Assembly (NCBI GenBank): GCA_965206365.1 | Contig: CBDBJL010000016.1 | Location: 130,283-194,282, forward strand | DNA length: 64,000 nt | Direction of reading: 5' to 3' | From: Alphaproteobacteria bacterium | GTDB lineage: Bacteria; Pseudomonadota; Alphaproteobacteria; JABAAW01; JAHZMA01 | Shown here: positions 22,200 to 31,236 of the stretch, one piece after another | How the letters are laid out: every line of letters starts with the position of its first letter | Position numbering within the stretch: position 1 is the first letter of the stretch | Notes under the pieces: generated by a model | What the model saw: the letters and a program-made list of their open reading frames with translations, nothing else | Told to the model about the DNA's origin: nothing | Databases searched by the model: none | Made by a program: the position numbers and the translations under genes

Positions 22200-22356
22200 T
22201 ATGGAAATTCACCACAAAGCATTGAGCCTCTGCCCGGTAAACCAAGCAAAGGCCTAAATTATCTTAGGCGAACCTAAGAAATATCTTTCAGATGTATTAT
22301 AAAATACACCCTTACTATAGCCCTTAATCCATCCCAAACGAATTATGCTATACGAA
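22200..22356 (-). ncRNA. Candidate tracrRNA (tracr-1): long imperfect anti-repeat followed by two hairpins
   Basis: Minus strand 22353->22315 reads GUAUAGCAUAAUUCGUUUGGGAUGGAUUAAGGGCUAUAG, complementary to the crRNA repeat with a UU bulge after a 6-bp lower stem; followed by hairpins UGUAUU-UUAU-AAUACA (22293-22308) and CUUAGG-UUCG-CCUAAG (22263-22278); 3' end undefined. Confidence 0.55.
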
Positions 22357-22576
22357 ACCACAATATGTGCCAAAAACAAAAAAAGACCCACAATGCTAAC
22401 CAAAACCCATCATCAAAAACAAATTTAGAGACAGGCTCGTAATTTCATCGAACTACTAACGCCCTACTTTATCATAAATTCTAGAGTAAGACAAACCTTA
22501 TTTATCAGTTTTGTTGGAATAATCTTAACAACAAGGATAAAACATCAAATAACAAAGCATTGAGCCTCCGTAACTG

Positions 22577-22660
22577 AAAAAAAAGACTCAACTATACTTA
22601 GGCGAATCTAAGAGATATCTTTCAGATGTATTATAAAATACATATTTTCTATAGTTCCCG
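22577..22660 (-). ncRNA. Second tracrRNA-like module (tracr-2): 11-nt perfect anti-repeat at the 5' end, same hairpins, U8 terminator
   Basis: Minus strand reads GGGAACUAUAG (22659->22649, perfect complement of crRNA repeat nt 2-12), then UGUAUUUUAUAAUACA and CUUAGAUUCGCCUAAG hairpins, AGAUUC/GAGUCU stem, UUUUUUUU (22584->22577); candidate extended -10 TGTTAGAAT at 22674->22666 places the TSS at the anti-repeat. Confidence 0.4.
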
Positions 22661-22756
22661 CCGATATTCTAACATAATTTTTGGCATTTTTATTTTCTAA
22701 AAAATATTACAAAGACACCTATTAATAGATATCATCGGTGAATAAAAAGATGTAAT

Positions 22757-22764
22757 ATTGACAC
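22757..22764 (+). promoter_or_regulatory. Candidate extended -10 (TGTAATAT) for cas9
   Basis: TGn-TAATAT ~48 nt upstream of the cas9 ATG; SD AAGGAG at 22796-22801. Confidence 0.25.
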
Positions 22765-22811
22765 TTAATTGTGTATTTAAGGGGGATAAGGCGCAAAGGA
22801 GCTTCAAAGTA

Positions 22812-25800
22812 ATGGTAAAAAAACAACCCAGAAACCCTCAAAATTATATTTTAGGAATTGATGTTGGAGTCGGCTCGCTAGGCGTTGCCTTAATTGCAAT
22901 CGATGGGGATACGCCTAGAATTTTAAATGGTAGTTCGTTAATTTATCCCAGTGCAAGTGGAAATAGTGACAGGCGCACCCATAGGTTAGCGCGTAACTAC
23001 TTCCAAAATCGGACAAAACGTAAGAAATTGCTTCAGAAGAAACTAACAGAGTTTTTGCAATTACAAGGTGAAGGATATCGGATCGGGCAAACCCATATCA
23101 AACCCTATAACGCCGAAAGATTTCCCAAAGTTAAGAATAAAAAAAATAACTCTTGTGTGGCGTTACGCGCCATGGCTTTGGATGAACAACTAACTTTACC
23201 TGAATTATTTCGAGTTTTTATGCACCTTGCAACGCATCGCGGAGTCCGCCTTACCAAAGCAATCAAAGAGGCTGAGCAAAAAGAAACCGGTGTGCTGAAA
23301 CAAGCGATACAGGAATTGCAAGAGCAAATGCAAACAGCAGACAATACAGGAAAAATGATTCGCACTGTGGGTGAATATCTTGCCAAGCAAGAAAAAAAGG
23401 GTCAGGCTATAAAGTTGCGTCCAGATGCTTTTAATAAACGAGCTATTTTTCTACTCACGTGCGATGATTATCAAAGAGTTTGACCAGATTATTGCCAAGC
23501 AACAAGAATATTACCCTGAAATTTTTACACCGGAAAATATTCAACTTATAAAAGAAGGCTCTCTTAAAAAAACAATTGAAGGTAAAGAAAGAATAATTGG
23601 TTATGGGATTTTTTGTGAAAAAGGTGCGTATCAAAGCGCGATCGAAGAAAAAATTGGTTATTGTTGTTACCTTCCGGAAGCGGGGACCATAAGAGAGAAA
23701 CGAATTGCAATCGCTTCTAATTTGTTTCAAGAAAAGCGTTTGCTCGAACAAATTAATAATCTCCGTATTTATCAAGGTGCAAAAGCTGGCGGTGAAGCCG
23801 GGGATGGCAAATTAACTTTAGCGCAACGCGATCTTGTTTATGAAAACATGCTCGAGGAAAAAGAGGCGGTTAAGGGAAATAAAATTGGGAAATGGCTTAA
23901 TTTAGCCAGTAATTCTCGCCTTAATATTGATGCAAGTGGCAAAAAAAAATCCGAACAAGTGATCCAACCTCATGTAATTCTTGCCACAATCAAAAAAACC
24001 AAAAATTCTGAACTTTTTGCAACATGGCAGAGTTTAAGTGCTGAGGCGCAGGATTATGCAGTTAAATTATTGCATGATGAGGGGGAATTAGATGCAAATA
24101 TGAAAGCATGGGTAGAAGAATTTCCTGATTTTCCGCCCGATTGGATTGAAACATTACAAAATATTATTTTGCCACGAGGCTATGCGGCAACGGGCACCAC
24201 TGCCACTTCGAAATTGATTGCAGAATTACGCGCTGATGTGATTACTCATTACAAAGCTGAAATACGCGCTAAACTCAAACATCCTACATCTGAACCCACA
24301 GAAGATTATTTGCCATATTACGGAAGATTGCCCTCCTTAGAACATTATTGTCAGGGGGCAAGCAAGCATCCGGCCGAACCATTAGAAAAACAATTTGGTA
24401 AAATCCCCAATTCGGTCGTGCATCAATCACTCAATAAAATTCGCAAAATTCTCAACACCTATATTAAAGAATATGGTCCGCCACAAAAGATTCACCTCGA
24501 ACTTGCACGCGAGTTAAATAAATCACTTAAGGAACGTGAGAACGAGGATAAAAAAAATCAAAAAAATCAAAAAAAAAATACTAAATATAATGATAAAATC
24601 CTCACCTATAGGGACCGAACCTCGCGCAAATATCGACGCGCCTTAAAATTACATGAGTGGCAACTCCCTAAACAACAAAAAAAATTATACAAAGAGCAAA
24701 AATGTATTTGCCCGTATTCAGGAACAGAAATCAGCATTGATGATATTTTTACTGGCAAGGCCGAAATTGATCATATTTTGCCTTATTCTCAAACCATGCT
24801 CGATAATATTAGTAATTTGGTGTTATGCACAAAAGAAGCGAATTCGAAGAAGAAAAAGCAAACCCCTTACGAAGCTTTTTCTGGTGGCTATCCTGATGGA
24901 ACTGGTAGAACTTATGATGATATTCTCACAACGATTGCAGATTATCCAGAATATAAGAAGAAAAAATTTAATGAAGATGCGATGGCGCATTTTAAAAATA
25001 AAAATCTTTTCGCAACCAGATTTAAAACCGATACCCAGTATTTGGCAAAAGTGGTTCATAATTATTTAGGATGCTTAAAATTAAATCCTATCAACCAACA
25101 GCAAGATGAAAAGCATGAAAATAACCCTGAATCACAGCATGATGCTCAAGATAAAATCGACGGTGAAGTAAAGAAAAAAAGGATTATCTGTCTTTCCGGC
25201 GGTATTACCGCTGATCTGCGACATCATTGGGGCTTGGGCAATATCCTCCAAAATTTTGAACAAGATAGCCTCACCAGTGTCGGACGAGAAGAAATGGCTG
25301 ATAATATTAACAAAGATTTTTTGCAATATATCAAAACTAGACAAATCGATTTACAGAAACAGGCGAAAAAAAAGGTGCTCGATGAAGCTGAGCAAAAATT
25401 TCTCGCAATTAATCTTGCCGAACTTCAAACAAATCAGCGGGGCGACTGGGATGATTATGTTAAAAATATATTTAGGGATCGTGAAAATAAAGCAAAAAAG
25501 AATCGCCTGGATTATCGTCATCATTTCATTGATGCGATTGTGATCGCTTGTACCAATGCCTCGGAAGTAAATAGGCTTAATGCGGCAAATGCAAATTATC
25601 GAAACCAAAAAACCGAGAATACGCAAAGTTTTTACCAGCAAAAACAACAGCACCGAATCGAGCATTCAGGCGTTAAAAAACATCCCTTAAATTGGGTGAA
25701 TTTTTGCCAAGATGTTAAAGATTATTTGCGCGCTCATCCTAATTTAATCGTGCAAAATCCTAATTTCAACAGTGCATCGCGCCAGATCCATGAAGAAACT

Positions 25801-26823
25801 AATTATCGCAAAATTATTGATATTTATACTCAGAATAAAACCACACAAGCAGAAAATTATCTTCAATCTCTTGTATCCAGCCGACAATCTTTGGATAATT
25901 TAGTTGCAGAGAAAAGTTTTGATGCTTTGCTCCCAAAAAAAGAGGATTGGATGCAAACATTGCGCAAGAAAAACAGCATTTGTAAATCTCCGATCGGGGA
26001 TCGACCTCGATTTTCGCCGGAAGAATTGGAAATTGAAATTACAAAAATTACAGCGAAACTTGCAGTTCAGGCCGAAATCAAACAATTTTTAGAAGATAAA
26101 TTTCATGGAGCCAAGAAAGAAAAACGCGTTATTTATGAGGCAACAAAAGATAAGCTAGTAAAAGATAAAATCGTAAAAGGTGAACCCGAAGAAGAAAAAT
26201 TGGTAAAAACCTCTGTGCCAGAACAAATGGCATGGGCAATTACAGAATATAAAAACCGGAAAAGCAAAGGAGAAATTAACACAATATTTGGGCGCAAATA
26301 TTTCACAATCTATAAATATCTCACAGTGATTGAAATTAGAAATAAATCCCTTGAGACAGACTTAAAACAACAAAGACAAAATATCCCCACCCGCCCGCAA
26401 CGTGTGGTGGTAACCGGCAATAATTCGCATAGCGATATTTTCTACTATTACGATGACAATGGTGCCCGCCAGATTGGGTGGGAATGTATTGCCGTTATCG
26501 CTGTACGAAAAGCAGATTACCAACCCGCATGGCGGCAAAAATATCCTAAGGCGAAATTAATTGGGCAATTGCGCATTAATGATACGCTTCAAATTTGGAA
26601 CAATCCTGATCCCGAAGCTCCCCTGCGCAAAAGAATTTTGGTACGGGTACAGAAAATGTCGAAAGGATATATTAGTTTTTCGCACTTGCAACGTTCCAAA
26701 ACCGAAAATATGAGTGCTCCTTATCGGAAAGTTTCATCCATTGGTCTTTTTCAAGCTTTTGCACCCAAATTGGTCAAGCGTGATGTTACGGGCAAGGTTT
26801 ATTATCATCGTAAATTATATTAA
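22812..26823 (+). CDS. cas9: Cas9 (type II-C), ~1336 aa, interrupted by a +1 frameshift in a T5 tract at 23443-23447
   Basis: RuvC-I GIDVGVGSLGVALIA, Arg-rich bridge helix RRTHRLARNYFQNRTKRKK, RuvC-II KIHLELARE, HNH EIDHILPYSQTMLDNISNLVLCTKEANSKK, RuvC-III HHFIDAIVIACTN; ORFs 22758-23483 and 23425-26823 join seamlessly if one T is removed (..NKRAIF|YSRAMIIKEF..). Confidence 0.85.
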
Positions 26824-26836
26824 AGGAAGCTATTTT

Positions 26837-27748
26837 ATGTGGAGAATTTTGGATATTGGGCAAGATCATCGAAGCTTGTTGGTAAAAAATCATCAATTAG
26901 TGATTAAAAATAACACAGCATCTTCTAAAAATATTCTAGCAACTCTGAATTTTAACGATCTTCATGCCATTATTCTCCATGGTCATGGCATCTGGTTAAG
27001 TCGAAATGTGCTGGATCAGGCAGGTGAACATAATATTCCTGTGATTATTTGCAATGCCCAGCATATTCCCCAAACCATAACTCTGCCCGTAGTAGGGCAT
27101 TATCATTATCAGCAACGCGTTCATGGGCAAATTACTATTACACTTGCCCGACGTAAGGGTTTGTGGAAAAAAATTGTTCAAGCCAAAATCAAGGCACAAG
27201 CCTATTTGCTGAAATCTTATCAATTGCCCGAAGCCGATAGGCTGGAAGCCATGTTGGCAAAAGTTCTTGCTGGTGATGCGAATAATCACGAGGCCCAAGC
27301 AGCTCGTATCTATTGGCAGGCATTATTCGGCAGTGATTTTCGACGCAATATCGAACAACCAGGGCTAAATGCACATCTGAATTATGGTTATGCAATTTTA
27401 CGCGCATCGGTAGCGCGCTTTATTGTGGCATCGGGTTTATTACCCGCAATTGGGCTGAATCACCATAATAAGCTGAATCCATTTTGTTTTGTGGATGATG
27501 TTATGGAACCATTTCGCCCGTTAATTGATCGGTTGGTGCGTACGCATCATAAGCCATTTGCCAATCGGGTGACTCCTGAAAATAAAGCAATTTTAAGCGA
27601 TATTATCAATCACCAGCTCTATTATCGTGACGAAAATATTTCAGTGCAACATGCGGTTCAAAATTTATGCCATAGTTTTGCCCAGATTTTTTTAGGGGAA
27701 GAGAAAAATCTTGCCTTACCACCCATTATTTTTACCAATCAATTATAA
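26837..27748 (+). CDS. cas1: Cas1 integrase
   Basis: Conserved LNYGYAILRA and ...GLNHHNKLNPF... motifs; starts 14 nt after cas9 stop with SD AAGGAAG. Confidence 0.9.
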   Translation: MWRILDIGQDHRSLLVKNHQLVIKNNTASSKNILATLNFNDLHAIILHGHGIWLSRNVLDQAGEHNIPVIICNAQHIPQTITLPVVGHYHYQQRVHGQITITLARRKGLWKKIVQAKIKAQAYLLKSYQLPEADRLEAMLAKVLAGDANNHEAQAARIYWQALFGSDFRRNIEQPGLNAHLNYGYAILRASVARFIVASGLLPAIGLNHHNKLNPFCFVDDVMEPFRPLIDRLVRTHHKPFANRVTPENKAILSDIINHQLYYRDENISVQHAVQNLCHSFAQIFLGEEKNLALPPIIFTNQL

Positions 27749-27749
27749 T

Positions 27750-28076
27750 ATGCTATCGGGATATAAAACAATGTGGCTATTTATCATGTTTGATTTGCCA
27801 ACTAGCAATCGGGCTGAAGCCCGTAGTGCGAATCAGTTTAGAAATCACCTGTTACAAGAAGGTTATATTATGAAACAATTTTCTGTTTATATGCGTTATT
27901 TTGACAGTAAAAATCGCGCAAATTCGTCGCTTAGCCGAATTCAGCAGAAAATTCCACAACAAGGTATGGTGAGTGCATTATTTGTTACGGATCGACAATT
28001 TGGGCAAATTCAGAATTTTTATGGCAAAAAACCCAAAAAAAACGACGAGAAACCGACCCAATTACTGTTATTATAG
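27750..28076 (+). CDS. cas2: Cas2
   Basis: MLSGYKTMWLFIMFDLP... N-terminus typical of type II Cas2; ~108 aa; immediately precedes the array. Confidence 0.85.
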   Translation: MLSGYKTMWLFIMFDLPTSNRAEARSANQFRNHLLQEGYIMKQFSVYMRYFDSKNRANSSLSRIQQKIPQQGMVSALFVTDRQFGQIQNFYGKKPKKNDEKPTQLLLL

Positions 28077-28148
28077 GGGAATTATGTGCATTTTTTACAC
28101 GAATAAATCCCTGGAAACCATTTCATATCAAGGGTTTCCAGGGATGCT

Positions 28149-28910
28149 AGTATAGCATACTTCGTTTGGGATGGGAACTATAGCATTATTTTCAAAAGCC
28201 GATATTCCATAATAAGTATAGCATACTTCGTTTGGGATGGGAACTATAGCTACCAATACGTTGCATTTGCCCAAGAAATCAGTATAGCATACTTCGTTTG
28301 GGATGGGAACTATAGCTTGCGGCTCGTATTTTGGTAGAACAATTAAAGTATAGCATACTTCGTTTGGGATGGGAACTATAGCAAGATAATCCAAAAATCC
28401 ATGTTAAAATCAAGTATAGCATACTTCGTTTGGGATGGGAACTATAGCATCAACCATTCAATCACTGCAGCAAAGTCAAGTATAGCATACTTCGTTTGGG
28501 ATGGGAACTATAGCTAGCAACAGTGCCAGCAATGGTAAAACGCAAGTATAGCATACTTCGTTTGGGATGGGAACTATAGCAAAATATGATCAAGGGGTTC
28601 GTGACGTTTAAGTATAGCATACTTCGTTTGGGATGGGAACTATAGCATCAAACAGCAACAAGCTTGGCAAATAACTAGTATAGCATACTTCGTTTGGGAT
28701 GGGAACTATAGCCAACGCGGGTTTCGCCGTAAGCTTGCTTGGAGTATAGCATACTTCGTTTGGGATGGGAACTATAGCCAACAGGCAAATGCAAGTTCGA
28801 CATTGTTGAGTATAGCATACTTCGTTTGGGATGGGAACTATAGCTAGCAACAGTGCCAGCAATGGTAAAACGCAAGTATAGCATACTTCGTTTGGGATGG
28901 GAACTATAGC
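28149..28910 (-). CRISPR. CRISPR array: 12 identical 36-nt repeats (AGTATAGCATACTTCGTTTGGGATGGGAACTATAGC on +), 11 spacers of 30 nt; transcription inferred on the minus strand
   Basis: Exact 66-nt periodicity, repeats start at 28149+66n; minus-orientation repeat GCTATAGTTCCCATCCCAAACGAAGTATGCTATACT ends in an extended -10 (TGcTATACT), like the Neisseria II-C repeat promoter; spacers 6 and 11 identical. Confidence 0.95.
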
Positions 28911-29443
28911 TCGTTTACGGTAATATCGTAAAATGGTTCTATGCGTTCTAGTTTTTTAGTCCTTTCTTGGGGGTTAATTTTACCGTCTCCGTCTTCATCG
29001 CCTTTTAAAAAGGCTTCTTGTAGTGCTTCATGGGCACTGCAATCAACCGCTTGTGGGTCAAAATTCCAAAAGCGGTCGCGTAAATGTTTTTTTATTAAAG
29101 CTGATACTGTCCTTAGCTCGCAGGTGATGTTGGTTAGATGCTGAACGCACGTATCGCAACCAACAACACCCGATAGGCTTGCCACTGTCCCCGTAACCTC
29201 TGCCATACCGTCAAGATCCGCAACAGTTTCAGTGATCCCGGCTTCGATATCTCTAAATGTAGAGGATTGTTGCCGTGCAACATTGGTAAGGTTAATGCCG
29301 TTATTAGCAATAGATAATAAGTGTGCTGTATTTGCTGGGTTAGCATAAGCTTTAGCTATTTCATAAAGTGGTTCACCATAGCGCAAGGTAATGAAGGATA
29401 AGATAATGGCAAGATAAAGCGATGAATGGTTGGGCTTTTCCAT
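28904..29443 (-). CDS. Hypothetical protein with canonical EF-hand Ca-binding loop (DEDGDGKINPQE)
   Basis: 12-residue EF-hand loop with D1,D3,D5,G6,I8,E12; ORF terminates 2 codons inside the last CRISPR repeat. Confidence 0.4.
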   Translation of the reverse strand: MEKPNHSSLYLAIILSFITLRYGEPLYEIAKAYANPANTAHLLSIANNGINLTNVARQQSSTFRDIEAGITETVADLDGMAEVTGTVASLSGVVGCDTCVQHLTNITCELRTVSALIKKHLRDRFWNFDPQAVDCSAHEALQEAFLKGDEDGDGKINPQERTKKLERIEPFYDITVNEL

Positions 29444-29474
29444 GATTAAAGAGTCTTTTTATGTGGGTTTTATT

Positions 29475-30035
29475 TTATTTGGGGTTAATTACTTTATTAT
29501 AAATTTTTAAATATTTATGTCCGTTTGTAATTTCAGAATTTAACAAACAATTATTTTGATCAAAAACATAGATTGCTTTTTTTTCACCATCTGCTGTTCC
29601 TGCTGTACCAATAATTAATGCGCTAGTGCCGTTGCTTTTGGTGATTTGATTAGCAACAGCAAGAGCCGCGCCTTTGCTTACATCTAACGTCTTGAACGGA
29701 TTAAAATCAGACGCAACCTCTGCTTTAGACTGATATTGCTTGCAACCCTCTGATGCTTGCGCATTAACCATAATTAAAAAGGTAATGCCAGTAATCATGA
29801 AAATTATGGCTACAAAACGATAGATAACATTCATTACTTTGGTAATGCCAGTTTCATCCCTATAGGCTTTGCAAATTAGCGGGTGGATAATATTTTCGGT
29901 GATTACATATCGGATTCTTTTAAATACAAAACTGCCTGTATTAAGCAAAAAAATGCCAAAATTACATAAAATGATATTCATAGCTTTTGTATCAAGCTGG
30001 TTGCCGATAAGTAGTCTTTTGGTAAGGTTATTCAT
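29475..30035 (-). CDS. Hypothetical small secreted/membrane protein (possibly VirB5-like by position)
   Basis: Internal start MNVIYRFVAIIFMITGITFLIMVNAQA|SEGCKQY gives a Sec-type signal; lies immediately downstream of the virB4 fragment. Confidence 0.3.
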   Translation of the reverse strand: MNNLTKRLLIGNQLDTKAMNIILCNFGIFLLNTGSFVFKRIRYVITENIIHPLICKAYRDETGITKVMNVIYRFVAIIFMITGITFLIMVNAQASEGCKQYQSKAEVASDFNPFKTLDVSKGAALAVANQITKSNGTSALIIGTAGTADGEKKAIYVFDQNNCLLNSEITNGHKYLKIYNKVINPK

Positions 30036-30192
30036 TATATATCTCCTTAATGAAGGGTTAAAGAAAAAGGTATGTTTTGATAGCGCAAAAAATATGCCAA
30101 AAAATGTATGATAATGATGTGATTTAATTATTTGTTTATTTTATATTTATATTTGTCTAAGCATTCCTCCGCTTGTGCAGGGTTAGTTAAAA

Positions 30193-31233
30193 TTATATAT
30201 ATTGTTGTTGCCAGCTTTCTGGATTCAATTCTTTTAGCATATTTACTTTTTTTACAGCTTCAGCCCCGCCTTCAAAGGTTTTAAGCGCGTTGCCTAAGCC
30301 TATTAGGTTAATGTCTATGAAAGTTGATTGGGTATATTCTTCGTCTTGACGTTTGATTAGAATGGGTCTAACCGCGCCTCTAATCTCAAAGTTTCCTAGT
30401 ACAAATTCTTTTTCGGTTTCAGTAAGTTTAAATTTATCTAATTCTTCAGGATTATCTGACGTTCTAGGAAAGAAAATAAATGTTTGAGTATTGGTAATTA
30501 ATGAATTGCTGGTTTTGCCTAAGTTTGTGAGTCCTGAAACTTCTTGAAAGATAAGATTAAGAACACCATTGGATTTTCTGATGGTTCTGATATATTGTTG
30601 GATTTGCTCGGCGAAAAATTTATCTTGTAGCAAGGTTGCGCTTTCATCAACAATCATTAATGAAGGTACTGAATTAGTTTCGCAATGATTTTGTATTTTG
30701 GTAAGAAAATATGAGATTAATACTCGGAATAGATTTTCATCTTTTATGACTTCATCCATGCCGGATGCCATAAATTGACTATTTGCAATATTAAAACTAT
30801 CATGAATTCCATGAAAAATTTCCTTATATTTGCCGTCTGCGAAAGGACGTAAAAGGTCTTTAAATTTGCTTTGTGGGATGGCTTTGTACCATGTTTTTTT
30901 GAAGGTGGTTTTTTCAAGAGAGAACGAATTTTGAATAGATTCTTGGATGATTTCTTCGTATTCTGTATTATTTACAGAGATTCCAGCAATGGTTTTAAGA
31001 AAACTTGTTAAATTTTGTACATATAGAGATTTATTAGGAATATCAAATGGATTTAGATCTAATTTATCAACGTTTAACATTAGATATTTACCGTCAATTA
31101 CTTTACTGAATACTTCCATGCCTCGCTTAATATCAAATCCATAGACTTTTAACTTTCTGTAGCGTGCGATTGCTTGAGCCGCGAGGAATAATATCAAAAC
31201 TGTCTTCCCACTGCCTGAGGGTGCAAAAATCAT
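30193..31233 (-). CDS. VirB4/TraC/TrbE-family type IV secretion ATPase, C-terminal domain only (N-terminal ~440 aa missing)
   Basis: Walker A FAPSGSGKTVLILFLAAQ (cf. VirB4 G-P-T-G-S-G-K-S-V-L-L-N-F-L), Walker B LMIVDES, RKSNGVLNLIFQE and TQTFIFFP motifs in VirB4 order; first Met 3 nt from an orphan CRISPR repeat. Confidence 0.6.
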   Translation of the reverse strand: MIFAPSGSGKTVLILFLAAQAIARYRKLKVYGFDIKRGMEVFSKVIDGKYLMLNVDKLDLNPFDIPNKSLYVQNLTSFLKTIAGISVNNTEYEEIIQESIQNSFSLEKTTFKKTWYKAIPQSKFKDLLRPFADGKYKEIFHGIHDSFNIANSQFMASGMDEVIKDENLFRVLISYFLTKIQNHCETNSVPSLMIVDESATLLQDKFFAEQIQQYIRTIRKSNGVLNLIFQEVSGLTNLGKTSNSLITNTQTFIFFPRTSDNPEELDKFKLTETEKEFVLGNFEIRGAVRPILIKRQDEEYTQSTFIDINLIGLGNALKTFEGGAEAVKKVNMLKELNPESWQQQYI

Positions 31234-31236
31234 GCT

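Noticed and set aside
22758-22811. Upstream TTG start for cas9 (MTLNCVFKGDKAQRSFKV...)
   Set aside because: The ATG at 22812 has a strong SD (AAGGAG, 10-nt spacing) and yields the canonical Cas9 N-terminus MVKKQ...ILGIDVG.
26714-26836. Longer cas1 ORF starting at 26714
   Set aside because: It overlaps the cas9 3' end and starts at a non-ATG codon; the ATG at 26837 with SD and the conserved MWRILDIG N-terminus is preferred.
28128-28884. Minus-strand ORFs 28128-28394, 28608-28862 and 28675-28884 with the repeated peptide AIVPIPNEVCYT / GYSSHPKRSMLY
   Set aside because: They are translations of the CRISPR repeat read through successive units, not genes.
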